Assembly: GCA_045541195.1 (NCBI GenBank)
Contig: JAZQIQ010000016.1
Span: forward strand, 18,264-82,263
Direction: 5' to 3'
Source of the DNA: Acetatifactor sp.
GTDB lineage: Bacteria > Bacillota > Clostridia > Lachnospirales > Lachnospiraceae
Length of the DNA stretch: 64,000 bases
Position 1 is the stretch's first letter; the number at the start of each line of letters is the position of its first letter. Below the pieces are notes generated by a model. The model saw only the letters and a program-made list of their open reading frames with translations, had not been told where the DNA came from and did no database searches. Both the position numbers and the translations under genes were made by a program. Below, piece after piece: positions 29,435 to 38,622 of the stretch.

Positions 29435-31369
29435 TTATAAACCATACTGTGCCATGATTGCTTTGAACTCACCGGACTGAGCAAAGCTGCTAAGTACGGT
29501 CTGGCGGGTGGTGCCGGAACACATAGAATTCTTCCATGCGATAAGTCCGTCTGCATCCGCTTCACGTCCCATGAAGGTTCTGTAGAGAGCCATGATGTAT
29601 TTTTCATCATTGGTCTGTTTTGCTAAATATTCATCTCCATTGAAGAAGCTCATAGCAGCTGCTTCCGGAGTGCATCCACGGGTGTAAAGTGTTAAGGTCC
29701 AGTATTCAATACCGTCTTTGTCTCCGGGTCTTTCAAGAATCTTGCTGTAAAGTCTCTCAGAGAACTGATAAATACCGGTGTTGATGGTGTTACCGTCTGC
29801 AAGCATATATCCTCTGGAGATTCCGTAGTTTCCACATAAATTGAAGAACTCTGCAGAATTTACAAAGCCTGCGAGTACAGCAGCTCTGCTGTTACCGGCA
29901 TTGATAACGCTCTTCCAGTAAGCTAAGCCGTCTGCGTCAGCAGTTCTGCTGAAGAAGGTGTTGTATAATACTTTGATATAATCGTCATCGCTGTAATTTT
30001 TCGCAGTGAATTCTCCACCTAAGAGGAATTCCTTTGCAAGGGAGGCACCATCTGCGGTCTTTGCAACTAAAAGGTTGGTCCAGAAATCAACTCCGGAAGC
30101 ATCTGCAGTACGTCCAAGTGCAACAGTGTACATACGCTCCACGAATGCTTTTACCTGAGCTACAGCTTCAGCACTTGTTCCACTTGCAGAAGCGTCGCTT
30201 CCACCGATAACAGAGTATACGGAATTGTTGTAATTCACAGTGAGTGGCAGCGCAGCAGTTATTTCAAGCGGTCTTACCATAACCTCACCAAGAGCGGAAT
30301 TTGCGTTTAAAACGAAATAGATATTTCCGCCGTTTCCAAAATAAGGACTTACATAGTCATATCCAAGCATGGTGTCATATGGTGTAGCAGGAACCGTACT
30401 TGCGTAGTGTGCTTCAAGAACATGGGATTCGCCCATATATGTATTTACAAAGGTAGAACGGCTCTTGTTGTAATAGTCATAATAAAGGTAGCTGCTGTCC
30501 GGATCATCCCATGTAATATCCAGCTCATACCACATACCGTGGAGATTAACATAGTTCCAAGCATGGTCAGAACTGGTAACAGCAAATGCTTCAATGCCGG
30601 CAGCCTTACATAAGATAGAAGCTGACTTCGCATATCCGGCACATACAGTCTTGCCAAGGCAAATCATACTGTAAGCAGACTGATCGTGATCATTATATTC
30701 ATATATGGTGTTAAGGGCGATGATATCGTGAATCATCTTAACCTTTTCTTCCGGTCTGGTACACTTGTTTACTTCTGCTGTCCATGCGTTGATAGTAGCA
30801 CAGAACTGCTCGCTTGCAGCTGCTCTTGCAGCACCATTTAAGAACTCATCATAGAAAATGAGGCAGAATGCACTACCGTCTGTGTAGTATCCAACACGGG
30901 AATCCAGGAAATAGTACTGAGGGTTGCTATACTGGAACATAAATAAAACATCCAGAACTCGATACATATCAATCTGAGTACTGTTCTGAATCCAAGGAAG
31001 GATACCGATATTGCTTTGAGCATATGCAGGATAATCTGCAGTAGTTGTAGCGTAAGTGAGACAGATCTGCTCAGCAGTATCCCAGATAAGTTTCTCAGCA
31101 GCAGAAAGCTGATTGTAGAAATAATCACTGCTGAACTGGCTCCAGTATGCAGCATCAGCCTCTTTTACAACATAAGTTTCGCTAAAATGCTTCTGTGATG
31201 GTGCACTTGGTGCCAAAGAAGCATCCATAGGAAGAGCGGTGAGCTGTTCGGTACCTCTCTTGTCCTCAAGATTTCTACCTGATGCTGCTGCCTGAATTGG
31301 TACAAACTGAAGCAATAATGTGGCAACCAGCACAAAGGTAAGTGATAGTTTTTTAATGCGTTTAAACAT
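29435..31369 (-). CDS. Secreted transglutaminase-like protein with DUF4214-type module (paralog 2)
   Basis: TVCAGYAK...DHAWNYV...WYELD; ends ...AQYGL. Confidence 0.85.
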   Translation of the reverse strand: MFKRIKKLSLTFVLVATLLLQFVPIQAAASGRNLEDKRGTEQLTALPMDASLAPSAPSQKHFSETYVVKEADAAYWSQFSSDYFYNQLSAAEKLIWDTAEQICLTYATTTADYPAYAQSNIGILPWIQNSTQIDMYRVLDVLFMFQYSNPQYYFLDSRVGYYTDGSAFCLIFYDEFLNGAARAAASEQFCATINAWTAEVNKCTRPEEKVKMIHDIIALNTIYEYNDHDQSAYSMICLGKTVCAGYAKSASILCKAAGIEAFAVTSSDHAWNYVNLHGMWYELDITWDDPDSSYLYYDYYNKSRSTFVNTYMGESHVLEAHYASTVPATPYDTMLGYDYVSPYFGNGGNIYFVLNANSALGEVMVRPLEITAALPLTVNYNNSVYSVIGGSDASASGTSAEAVAQVKAFVERMYTVALGRTADASGVDFWTNLLVAKTADGASLAKEFLLGGEFTAKNYSDDDYIKVLYNTFFSRTADADGLAYWKSVINAGNSRAAVLAGFVNSAEFFNLCGNYGISRGYMLADGNTINTGIYQFSERLYSKILERPGDKDGIEYWTLTLYTRGCTPEAAAMSFFNGDEYLAKQTNDEKYIMALYRTFMGREADADGLIAWKNSMCSGTTRQTVLSSFAQSGEFKAIMAQYGL

Positions 31370-31408
31370 GAAAAAAACTCCTTTCTATATAGTAAATTTA
31401 TCTTGTAC

Positions 31409-31439
31409 ATTGTATACCCAATATATGAGAAAGTTCAAG
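31409..31439 (-). promoter_or_regulatory. Promoter of the 29435-31369 gene
   Basis: CTTGA-N18-TATACAAT on minus strand. Confidence 0.6.
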
Positions 31440-31486
31440 GATTTTTTATATAAATTAAAATGAGCGATAAATCCTTGTCAACGGGG

Positions 31487-33403
31487 CTATAAACCATACT
31501 GTGTCATGATAGCTTTAAACTCAGCAGATTGTGCAAAACTGCTGAGGATGGTCTGGCGGTTGGTGCCGGAACCTATAGAATTTTTCCAGGCGATAAGACC
31601 GTCTGCATCTGCTTCTCGCCCCATGAAAGTTCGATAAAGAGCCATGATATATTGCTCGTCATTGGTCTGTTTGTTTAAATACTCATCTCCATTGAAGAAA
31701 CTTATAGCCGCAATTTCAGGAGTACATTCGCGGGTATAAAGTGCTAAGGTCCAGTGTTCGATACCATCCTTGTCACCGCCACGTTCCAGAATCTTGCTGT
31801 AAAGTCTCTCAGCAAACTGATAAATTCCGGAATTGATTGTGTTGCCATCCGGAAGGAGATATCCTCTGGTAATTCCATACTCTCCACACAACGAGAAGAA
31901 CTCGGCGGAATTTACAAATCCTGCGAGTACAGCTTCTCTGCTGTTGCCGGCGTCGATAATGCTTTTCCAATATGCTAAGCCATCTGCATCAGCTGTTCTG
32001 TTGAAGAAGGTATTATACAATACTTTAATGAATTCATCATCGTTATAGTTCTTGGCGGTAAATTCCTGACCAAGGAGGAATTCTTTGGAGAGAGAAGCTC
32101 CGTCAGCTGTTTTGGTTACCAGAAGATTGGTCCAAAAATCAACGCCGGAAGCATCTGCGTCACGCTCCAGTGCAACGGTGTACATACGCTCCACAAAGGC
32201 TTTTACCCGGGCAACAGCTTCGTCGCTTGTGCCGCCGGTAGAATTGTCAGAGCCGCCAATTACGGTATAAACCATGTCATTGTAAGTGACAGAGGCCGGT
32301 AAAACGCTGCTTCCGCCTAAGCATCGTACTATTGGTTCGCCCAAGTCAGGATTGGCATTTACTATAAAGTAGGTATTACTATCAGAGGTAAAGCATGGAT
32401 TCGTATAGTACATAGAAAAAACCATCATGTCATAAGGGCAATAAGCCTTCATACCCTGCAACATTTCTACTGTAACATGAGATTCCAAAGCATCGTTTGC
32501 TAACATGGTAGAGCGGCTTTTGTTGTAATAATCGTAGTAAATCTCTGAATCGTAATCCGTGTCTGCCCAGGTGGCATCTGTCTGATACCACACACCATAA
32601 AGATTTACAATATTCCAGGCATGGTTTGAACTGGTTTCAAAGCAGGTCTCTACACCAACCGCATTACCTAATATGGAAAGTGCCTTGGTATAACCGGCGC
32701 ATACAGTTTGTTCCAGACAGACCATGCTGTATGCGGACTGGTCATATAGATTTTCCCCATATTCAGTATGCAGACACACAATATCATGTGCGCGTTTGAA
32801 TCGTTGCTCCGGTGTGTTTTCCTTCATGATTTCGGTAACCCAAGCATCGATTTTGGAAGTAAATTCTTCTGTATAGGTTGCTCTGGTTGCCCCGTCCTCG
32901 AAGAAATTGTACATTGTGAGGGAGGCTTTGTTGCTGCCATCCGTGTAAAACATGATATTTGCATCCAGAAAATAATACTGCGGATTACTATAAATGAAAG
33001 TAAACATAATGTCCTTCATGCGCTTCTCCGAAATGGAAGGTGCATAAGAAACCCACTGAAAATCAGGATATGTAGCTGTGGTGGTAGCATAGGTAAGACA
33101 TACATTTTCCAAAGCATCCCAGAAATTCTTTTCTGCGGTGTTCAGTTGGTTATAGTAGAAATCGTTGCTGAATTTTGTCCAGTACTCCCTATCTTCCTGT
33201 TTGATATTGTCGTTTATATGGAAGTACTTGTCTTTTGAGGCAGAAGCAGAATCTACCGGGATAGCCACAAAGGGCTTGAGACCGTTCTTATCCGAAAGGT
33301 TTCTGCCGGTCTGTGCTGCAGATACCTGAACGGGAACCGCCGGAAGCAGTAGTCCTGACATAAGTATGGAAGTAACTAATAATAATTTAATTCGTTTAAA
33401 CAT
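31487..33403 (-). CDS. Secreted transglutaminase-like protein with DUF4214-type module (paralog 3)
   Basis: TVCAGYTK...NHAWNIV...WYQTD; ends ...TQYGL; start ATG 33403 behind AAGGAG. Confidence 0.85.
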   Translation of the reverse strand: MFKRIKLLLVTSILMSGLLLPAVPVQVSAAQTGRNLSDKNGLKPFVAIPVDSASASKDKYFHINDNIKQEDREYWTKFSNDFYYNQLNTAEKNFWDALENVCLTYATTTATYPDFQWVSYAPSISEKRMKDIMFTFIYSNPQYYFLDANIMFYTDGSNKASLTMYNFFEDGATRATYTEEFTSKIDAWVTEIMKENTPEQRFKRAHDIVCLHTEYGENLYDQSAYSMVCLEQTVCAGYTKALSILGNAVGVETCFETSSNHAWNIVNLYGVWYQTDATWADTDYDSEIYYDYYNKSRSTMLANDALESHVTVEMLQGMKAYCPYDMMVFSMYYTNPCFTSDSNTYFIVNANPDLGEPIVRCLGGSSVLPASVTYNDMVYTVIGGSDNSTGGTSDEAVARVKAFVERMYTVALERDADASGVDFWTNLLVTKTADGASLSKEFLLGQEFTAKNYNDDEFIKVLYNTFFNRTADADGLAYWKSIIDAGNSREAVLAGFVNSAEFFSLCGEYGITRGYLLPDGNTINSGIYQFAERLYSKILERGGDKDGIEHWTLALYTRECTPEIAAISFFNGDEYLNKQTNDEQYIMALYRTFMGREADADGLIAWKNSIGSGTNRQTILSSFAQSAEFKAIMTQYGL

Positions 33404-33438
33404 TTTATACTCCTTCCTTTTCAAAAATTTACCCTTTA

Positions 33439-33466
33439 ATTATAACAAATCAGGTGAATTTCGCAA
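33439..33466 (-). promoter_or_regulatory. Promoter of paralog 3
   Basis: TTGCGA-N16-TATAAT with TG extension on minus strand. Confidence 0.55.
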
Positions 33467-33486
33467 TGTAAATTGCCATAAAATAA

Positions 33487-33525
33487 AGTACGGACTGTAA
33501 TGCGTTACGCATTACAGTCCGTACT
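33487..33525 (-). terminator. 18-bp perfect hairpin overlapping the stop of paralog 4
   Basis: AGTACGGACTGTAATGCG-TTA-CGCATTACAGTCCGTACT; T-rich tail on minus strand. Confidence 0.75.
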
Positions 33526-35419
33526 CGCTTTTGATTCCCTGAAATTCTGTAGATTGTGCGAATACGTCTAAAAGTGTTTCACGGCTGATTCCGTTTTGCA
33601 GGTAACTCTTCCAGAAGGAAAGTCCTTCCACATCAGCTTCCCGGGCTACAAAGGTACGGTATAATGTTATGATATACTTTTCGTCAGAGGTCTGTTTGTT
33701 TATGTATTCCGGGGAGTGGAAAAAGTTTTGTGCAGCACCTTTCGGGGTATAAGTGCCGGAAGAAATAAGGATTGTCCAATAATCGATTCCGTCCCGGTCA
33801 CCGTCTCTTTCAAGGATGGTAGTGTAGAGTCTGGTTGCAAAGCGGTAGATTCCGGCATTGACTGCAACACCGTTGGTTTTCATCAGACCGCGGGAAATAC
33901 CATATTCTTTACATAGGTCAAAAAACTCGGAAGAATTGACAAAGCCAGCCAACACATCTTCTCTGGAAGCATTGTTTTGCAGTAGACTGTTCCAATAAGA
34001 AAGACCGGCGGCGTCTGCTTCCCGGTTAAAGAAGGTACTGTATAATATTTGAATATATTTGGTATTGTCACAGCTTTGGGCAGTAAATTCCGGGCTTAAG
34101 ATAAAGCTTTGCGCAAGACCGGCGCCATCCTGTCTTCCGGAGACTAACAGCTCGGCCCAGAAGCTGACTCCGCTGGCATCCGCAGTCCGTCCCAGTGCGA
34201 TTGTGTACATGCGTTCCACAAAACTATATATCTTTGTCAGAGCTTCTTTGTCCGGCGTTTTCGTAGTGAAGGGGGATGCTGCCCCTACGACCGTATAGAT
34301 TGCCCCCTGATAGGTAATGGTTTCGGGTAAGGTGTCTGTTCCGTAAAGTCCTGTCACCAGCAAATCACCCAGGGAGGAATTCCGGTTAACAATGTAATAC
34401 GTGTTGTTACCGTAGATGAAATACGGGGAAATGTAATTGGTACCGGAGATGAGGTCGTAGGGGGTGGCTGGGATCATTCCCTGATAAATATTGGCTATAT
34501 TATGATCCATATATTTGTCTGCTAAAAGGGTAATACGGCTTTTGCAGTAAAAGTCATAGTAGCAGTTGCTTGAGTAACCGTCATCGCAGGCCGCGTCCAG
34601 TTCATACCATACACCATGGAGCTTTACGATATTCCATGCGTGGTTACTTCCGGATATGATTGCGGATTCAATCCCTACGGCATTACTTAGCATAGAGAAT
34701 ACTTTCGCGTAACCGGTACATGTAGTCTTTCCCAGACAGGCCATGCTGTATGCGGATTGATCGTATTCGTTATAGGTATAGCTTGTATTTTTACATACAA
34801 TATCATGCGCCAATTTCACTTTCTCCTCCGGCTTGGAAGAGGTGTTAAAACGTGCAACCCAAGTATCGATTATTGAAGTGAATGCATCGGTGTAAGAAGC
34901 TCTGGTTTCACCATCACGGAACTTGGAATAGAGTGACAGGGAACCGCCACCTGGGGAATAGGTGATATACGGCTCCAGAAAATAGTACTGTGGATTACTG
35001 TAAATAAACAAAGTCATTATGGTACGAATCCGGGATGTGGGAATGGAGTCTGCGCAGGAAATCCAGGAGATTCCGGAAAAATCGATGTCCGTAGTTGCCA
35101 GCGTAATGCAAAAGGACTCCATGGAATCCCAGAATTCTTTTTCGCTTACGGATAAATAGTTGTAATAATAATCGCTGCTGAATTTGGTCCAGTAGGCGCG
35201 GTCAGCGTCTGTATATTTATGTATGTCAATATTGTATTGGGGGGAAGAATATTTGTAGGATGAGGATTCATCCAATAAAACGGCGGTAACAGGCTCAAAA
35301 CCGGCACGTTCACTGCAAGAGTGCACTCCCTCAGGTGCAGCAGAGACAGAGAGCGGTTGTGACAGAAGATTTATTATGAGAATCGTAGTTAATATTACTT
35401 TTTTGATACCTTTCAACAT
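33512..35419 (-). CDS. Secreted transglutaminase-like protein with DUF4214-type module (paralog 4)
   Basis: TTCTGYAK...NHAWNIV...WYELD; ends ...SEYGL; start ATG 35419. Confidence 0.85.
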   Translation of the reverse strand: MLKGIKKVILTTILIINLLSQPLSVSAAPEGVHSCSERAGFEPVTAVLLDESSSYKYSSPQYNIDIHKYTDADRAYWTKFSSDYYYNYLSVSEKEFWDSMESFCITLATTDIDFSGISWISCADSIPTSRIRTIMTLFIYSNPQYYFLEPYITYSPGGGSLSLYSKFRDGETRASYTDAFTSIIDTWVARFNTSSKPEEKVKLAHDIVCKNTSYTYNEYDQSAYSMACLGKTTCTGYAKVFSMLSNAVGIESAIISGSNHAWNIVKLHGVWYELDAACDDGYSSNCYYDFYCKSRITLLADKYMDHNIANIYQGMIPATPYDLISGTNYISPYFIYGNNTYYIVNRNSSLGDLLVTGLYGTDTLPETITYQGAIYTVVGAASPFTTKTPDKEALTKIYSFVERMYTIALGRTADASGVSFWAELLVSGRQDGAGLAQSFILSPEFTAQSCDNTKYIQILYSTFFNREADAAGLSYWNSLLQNNASREDVLAGFVNSSEFFDLCKEYGISRGLMKTNGVAVNAGIYRFATRLYTTILERDGDRDGIDYWTILISSGTYTPKGAAQNFFHSPEYINKQTSDEKYIITLYRTFVAREADVEGLSFWKSYLQNGISRETLLDVFAQSTEFQGIKSEYGL

Positions 35420-35472
35420 TTTATTCCTTTCCTTATTCATAAACTATATTTCTTGTCAGATTATTCTAAAAT

Positions 35473-35500
35473 ATTATAGCAAAAATTGTCTGATATACAA
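35473..35500 (-). promoter_or_regulatory. Promoter of paralog 4
   Basis: TTGTAT-N16-TATAAT with TG extension on minus strand. Confidence 0.5.
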
Positions 35501-35585
35501 TCATACAATAATACCAGGGGGGAAGGATGCAAGAGAAAATGGTTATTTCTGCGGAAAATCTTATTGGTATTAGGGCGGCTTAAGG

Positions 35586-35614
35586 TTGCATATATTAGCT
35601 TCTTGTGATAGAAT
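35586..35614 (+). promoter_or_regulatory. sigma-A promoter of gmd
   Basis: TTGCAT-N17-TAGAAT with TG extension. Confidence 0.62.
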
Positions 35615-35683
35615 GAGAGCAATTAAGATAAAATGTAATATTGGAAAATTATGTTTATTATTAAGAAAGAAGAGGATATTAAA

Positions 35684-36718
35684 ATGAAAAATGCTTTAAT
35701 TACCGGTATTAATGGTCAGGACGGTTCTTATTTAGCAGAACTTTTATTGGAGAAGGGCTATAATGTATATGGCATTATGAGAAGAAAGGCTGTTGTTGAC
35801 TACGGCAATGCAGAGCACTTAAAGGACAAGGTTCACTTTATCTATGCAGATATGACTGACGTTGTTTCTTTGATTAACGCTATGAGAATCTCTGATGCAG
35901 ATGAAGTGTACAACCTTGCAGCACAGTCATTCGTAGCTACCTCATGGGAACAGCCTCTTGCAACAGCTCAGATTGACGCTGTTGGTGTAACCAATATGTT
36001 GGAAGCTATCAGAACCGTAAAGCCTTCTTGCCGTTTCTATCAGGCATCTACTTCAGAGATGTTTGGTTTAGTGCAGGAGATTCCACAGAAGGAGACTACT
36101 CCTTTCTACCCAAGAAGTCCTTATGGTGTAGCTAAGTTATACGGTCATTGGATTACCAAGAACTATAGAGAGAGTTATGACATGTATGCTTGTTCCGGTA
36201 TCTTATTCAATCACGAAAGTGAGAGAAGAGGTAAGGAATTCGTTACCCGTAAGATTACCGATGCAGTTGCACGTATCAAATTAGGTGTACAGGATCATTT
36301 AGAGTTAGGTAACATGGATTCTAAGCGTGACTGGGGTCACTCTAAGGATTATGTTTACGCTATGTGGTTAATGCTTCAGCAGGAAACTCCGGATGATTAT
36401 GTGGTAGCTACCAACGAGACCAGAACTGTTCGTGAGTTCGTAGAAACTGCATTTGCAAAGGCAGGCATCACTGTAGAGTGGTCAGGAACAGGTGTAGATG
36501 AGGTTGGTAAGGATGCAGCTACCGGTAAGGTAATCGTTAAGGTGAATAAAGACTTCTTCAGACCTGCAGAGGTAGATATCTTAATCGGTGATCCTTCAAA
36601 GGCTGAGAAGAACCTTGGTTGGGTTCGTCAGATTCCGTTCGACGAATTAGTAGAGCGTATGGTTAAGAACGATTTAGAATTAGTTCGTAAGGAAATCGCT
36701 TATAAGAATATTCAGTAA
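35684..36718 (+). CDS. gmd: GDP-mannose 4,6-dehydratase
   Basis: ALITGINGQDGSYLAELLLEKGY, NLAAQSFV, YQASTSEMFG, PFYPRSPYGVAK, LFNHES, KRDWGH; start ATG 35684. Confidence 0.96.
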   Translation: MKNALITGINGQDGSYLAELLLEKGYNVYGIMRRKAVVDYGNAEHLKDKVHFIYADMTDVVSLINAMRISDADEVYNLAAQSFVATSWEQPLATAQIDAVGVTNMLEAIRTVKPSCRFYQASTSEMFGLVQEIPQKETTPFYPRSPYGVAKLYGHWITKNYRESYDMYACSGILFNHESERRGKEFVTRKITDAVARIKLGVQDHLELGNMDSKRDWGHSKDYVYAMWLMLQQETPDDYVVATNETRTVREFVETAFAKAGITVEWSGTGVDEVGKDAATGKVIVKVNKDFFRPAEVDILIGDPSKAEKNLGWVRQIPFDELVERMVKNDLELVRKEIAYKNIQ

Positions 36719-36723
36719 TGTGC

Positions 36724-36757
36724 GAAAAGGAATTCTGAAAAGAATTCCTTTTCTTTT
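36724..36757 (+). terminator. Intra-operon terminator-like hairpin between gmd and rmd
   Basis: GAAAAGGAATTCT-GAAA-AGAATTCCTTTTC followed by TTTT. Confidence 0.7.
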
Positions 36758-36771
36758 GAAGGGAAAAGAAT

Positions 36772-37710
36772 ATGAAAAAAGGGTTGGTTATTGGTGCAGC
36801 AGGCTTTGTTGGTAAGTATCTTTTAGAGGAAATGCATGCTTCCGGAATGGAATGTTATGCAACAAAGCTGGCGCATGAGAAACTGGAAATATCGTATACA
36901 ACCGTGTATGATCTGGATATTATGAGCAAGGAGGATATTTTATCACTCCTTTTTGAGGTGCGTCCGGACTATATTTTCCATCTGGCTGCCCAGAGTTCTG
37001 TGGGGCTTGCGTGGAAGAATCCGGGACTTACGGTAGACATTAATATTAAAGGCAGTCTGAATGTGATGGATGCCATTCGTGAACTGGATTATAAGCCTCG
37101 TGTGCTTCTGATTGGTTCCGGTGAGGAATATGGTCATATCAGACCGGGAGAGACTCCCATTACGGAAAATAATCTTCTTCGACCGGGTAATATTTATGCG
37201 GCAACCAAGGCTTGTCAGAATATGATTGGTAATATTTATTCCAAAGCATATGATATGGAGCTGATGATGGTCCGTGCGTTTAATCATATCGGACCGGGAC
37301 AGGCACCCATGTTTGTAGTATCTGACTTCTGTAAGCAGGTGGCTGAGATTGAAAAGGGACTCCGGGAACCGGTGATGAAGGTTGGAAATCTCGCCGCAAA
37401 GCGTGATTTTACAGATGTTCGTGATGTGGTAAAGTCCTATGTGAAGCTGGTGGCAGCAGGACGGGCCGGTGAGACCTATAACGTTGGTAGCGGTAATGCG
37501 AAGGCGATTCAGGAGATTCTGGATATGATTGTATCTATGTCTACTGCTACGATTAATGTGGAAATCGATCCTGCTAAGCTTAGGCCTGTGGATGTACCGA
37601 TTATTGAGGCTGATATTGCCAAGATTAAGGAGCTTACCGGATGGGAACCGAAGATTCCGTTAGAGCAGACAATTCAGGAGACTCTGGACTATTGGCGTGC
37701 TAACTTATAG
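36772..37710 (+). CDS. rmd: GDP-4-dehydro-6-deoxy-D-mannose reductase-like SDR
   Basis: VIGAAGFVG, HLAAQSSV, GSGEEYG, YAATK, RAFNHIGPGQ, RDFTDVRDVV; follows gmd; no Fcl-like gene in window. Confidence 0.78.
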   Translation: MKKGLVIGAAGFVGKYLLEEMHASGMECYATKLAHEKLEISYTTVYDLDIMSKEDILSLLFEVRPDYIFHLAAQSSVGLAWKNPGLTVDINIKGSLNVMDAIRELDYKPRVLLIGSGEEYGHIRPGETPITENNLLRPGNIYAATKACQNMIGNIYSKAYDMELMMVRAFNHIGPGQAPMFVVSDFCKQVAEIEKGLREPVMKVGNLAAKRDFTDVRDVVKSYVKLVAAGRAGETYNVGSGNAKAIQEILDMIVSMSTATINVEIDPAKLRPVDVPIIEADIAKIKELTGWEPKIPLEQTIQETLDYWRANL

Positions 37711-37720
37711 GAGGTGTTTT

Positions 37721-38605
37721 ATGAGAAGTGACGGATTATTTCAAACCAATGATGTAACGAAGTCGGACAGATATCTTCATACGCCCAGCAGTTTTGCAAG
37801 ACAGAATCTTTTATATGTGCAGGAAGTGGGCAGACTTACCAGTTTAAATCAGCATAGATGTATTCGTGAAGGTCTGGATTCCCTGCTTTTGATGGTTGTA
37901 TTAAAAGGAAAGGGCGTTCTTACAATAAAGGATAAGGAATATAATATGTCAGCGGGGAATATTGCGTTGATAGATTGTAGAGAGCACTATGAGCATATTA
38001 GTGATGTGGAGGATGCATGGACATTATGCTGGGTGCATTTTAACGGTGTTTCTGCAAGAAATTATTATGAGCTCTTTTTAAAGTATAGCAAGGGTGTAAA
38101 TGTATTTTCTGTAGAGGATACGTTTGTCTGGGAGAATACAATCGATTCTTTGATGGGAAAGCAGCAGAATAAGAGTGTCATTGCTGAAATGCAATGCGGA
38201 GAGTTGCTTTTAAAACTTCTAAGTGATACAATCAGTCATGTTGCTGATGCATCCATTCTTCGAGATGAAGAGAACCGAAAGCTGGTTCAGGATGTGAGAG
38301 AATATCTTCATGAGAATTATGCAGAGACAGATGTGGTTCAGAAGGCAGGAGAGATGCATTCTTTTTCCTGTGAGGCATTGAATCATTTGTTCCGAGAATA
38401 CTTTGGCATGACTATGGAAGAATATGTGAGCAATAGACGGTTCTTAGTTGCAAAAGAGTTACTTCGATTCTCCATTAAGTCTGTGGCTGAGGTGGCACAG
38501 GAATCCGGTATTCGTGATGTGATTGCCATGCAACAGATGTTTTACGATAAAGAGAATATGACCGCTGATGAATACCGTAGCAGATGGGCACAGTGGATCA
38601 GATAA
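37721..38605 (+). CDS. AraC family regulator (cupin-type sensor + divergent HTH)
   Basis: N-terminal LLMVVLKGKG...CWVHFNG; C-terminal LFREYFGMT...AKELLRFS...AEVAQESG; start ATG 37721 behind GAGGTG. Confidence 0.8.
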   Translation: MRSDGLFQTNDVTKSDRYLHTPSSFARQNLLYVQEVGRLTSLNQHRCIREGLDSLLLMVVLKGKGVLTIKDKEYNMSAGNIALIDCREHYEHISDVEDAWTLCWVHFNGVSARNYYELFLKYSKGVNVFSVEDTFVWENTIDSLMGKQQNKSVIAEMQCGELLLKLLSDTISHVADASILRDEENRKLVQDVREYLHENYAETDVVQKAGEMHSFSCEALNHLFREYFGMTMEEYVSNRRFLVAKELLRFSIKSVAEVAQESGIRDVIAMQQMFYDKENMTADEYRSRWAQWIR

Positions 38606-38622
38606 TTGAGGAAGGCAGAAGA

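Noticed and set aside
26949-35419. Shufflon, cassette switching or DGR among the four paralogs
   Set aside because: No recombinase or reverse transcriptase in the window, no shared inverted repeats at equivalent positions, and the shared module is diverged at synonymous sites, which fits old duplication; each copy has its own signal peptide and promoter.
35454-35495. Inverted repeat flanking the -10 of paralog 4 (TGTCAGATTATT ... AATTGTCTGATA)
   Set aside because: Only 9 of 12 matches with an 18-nt gap in AT-rich DNA; not repeated at the other promoters.
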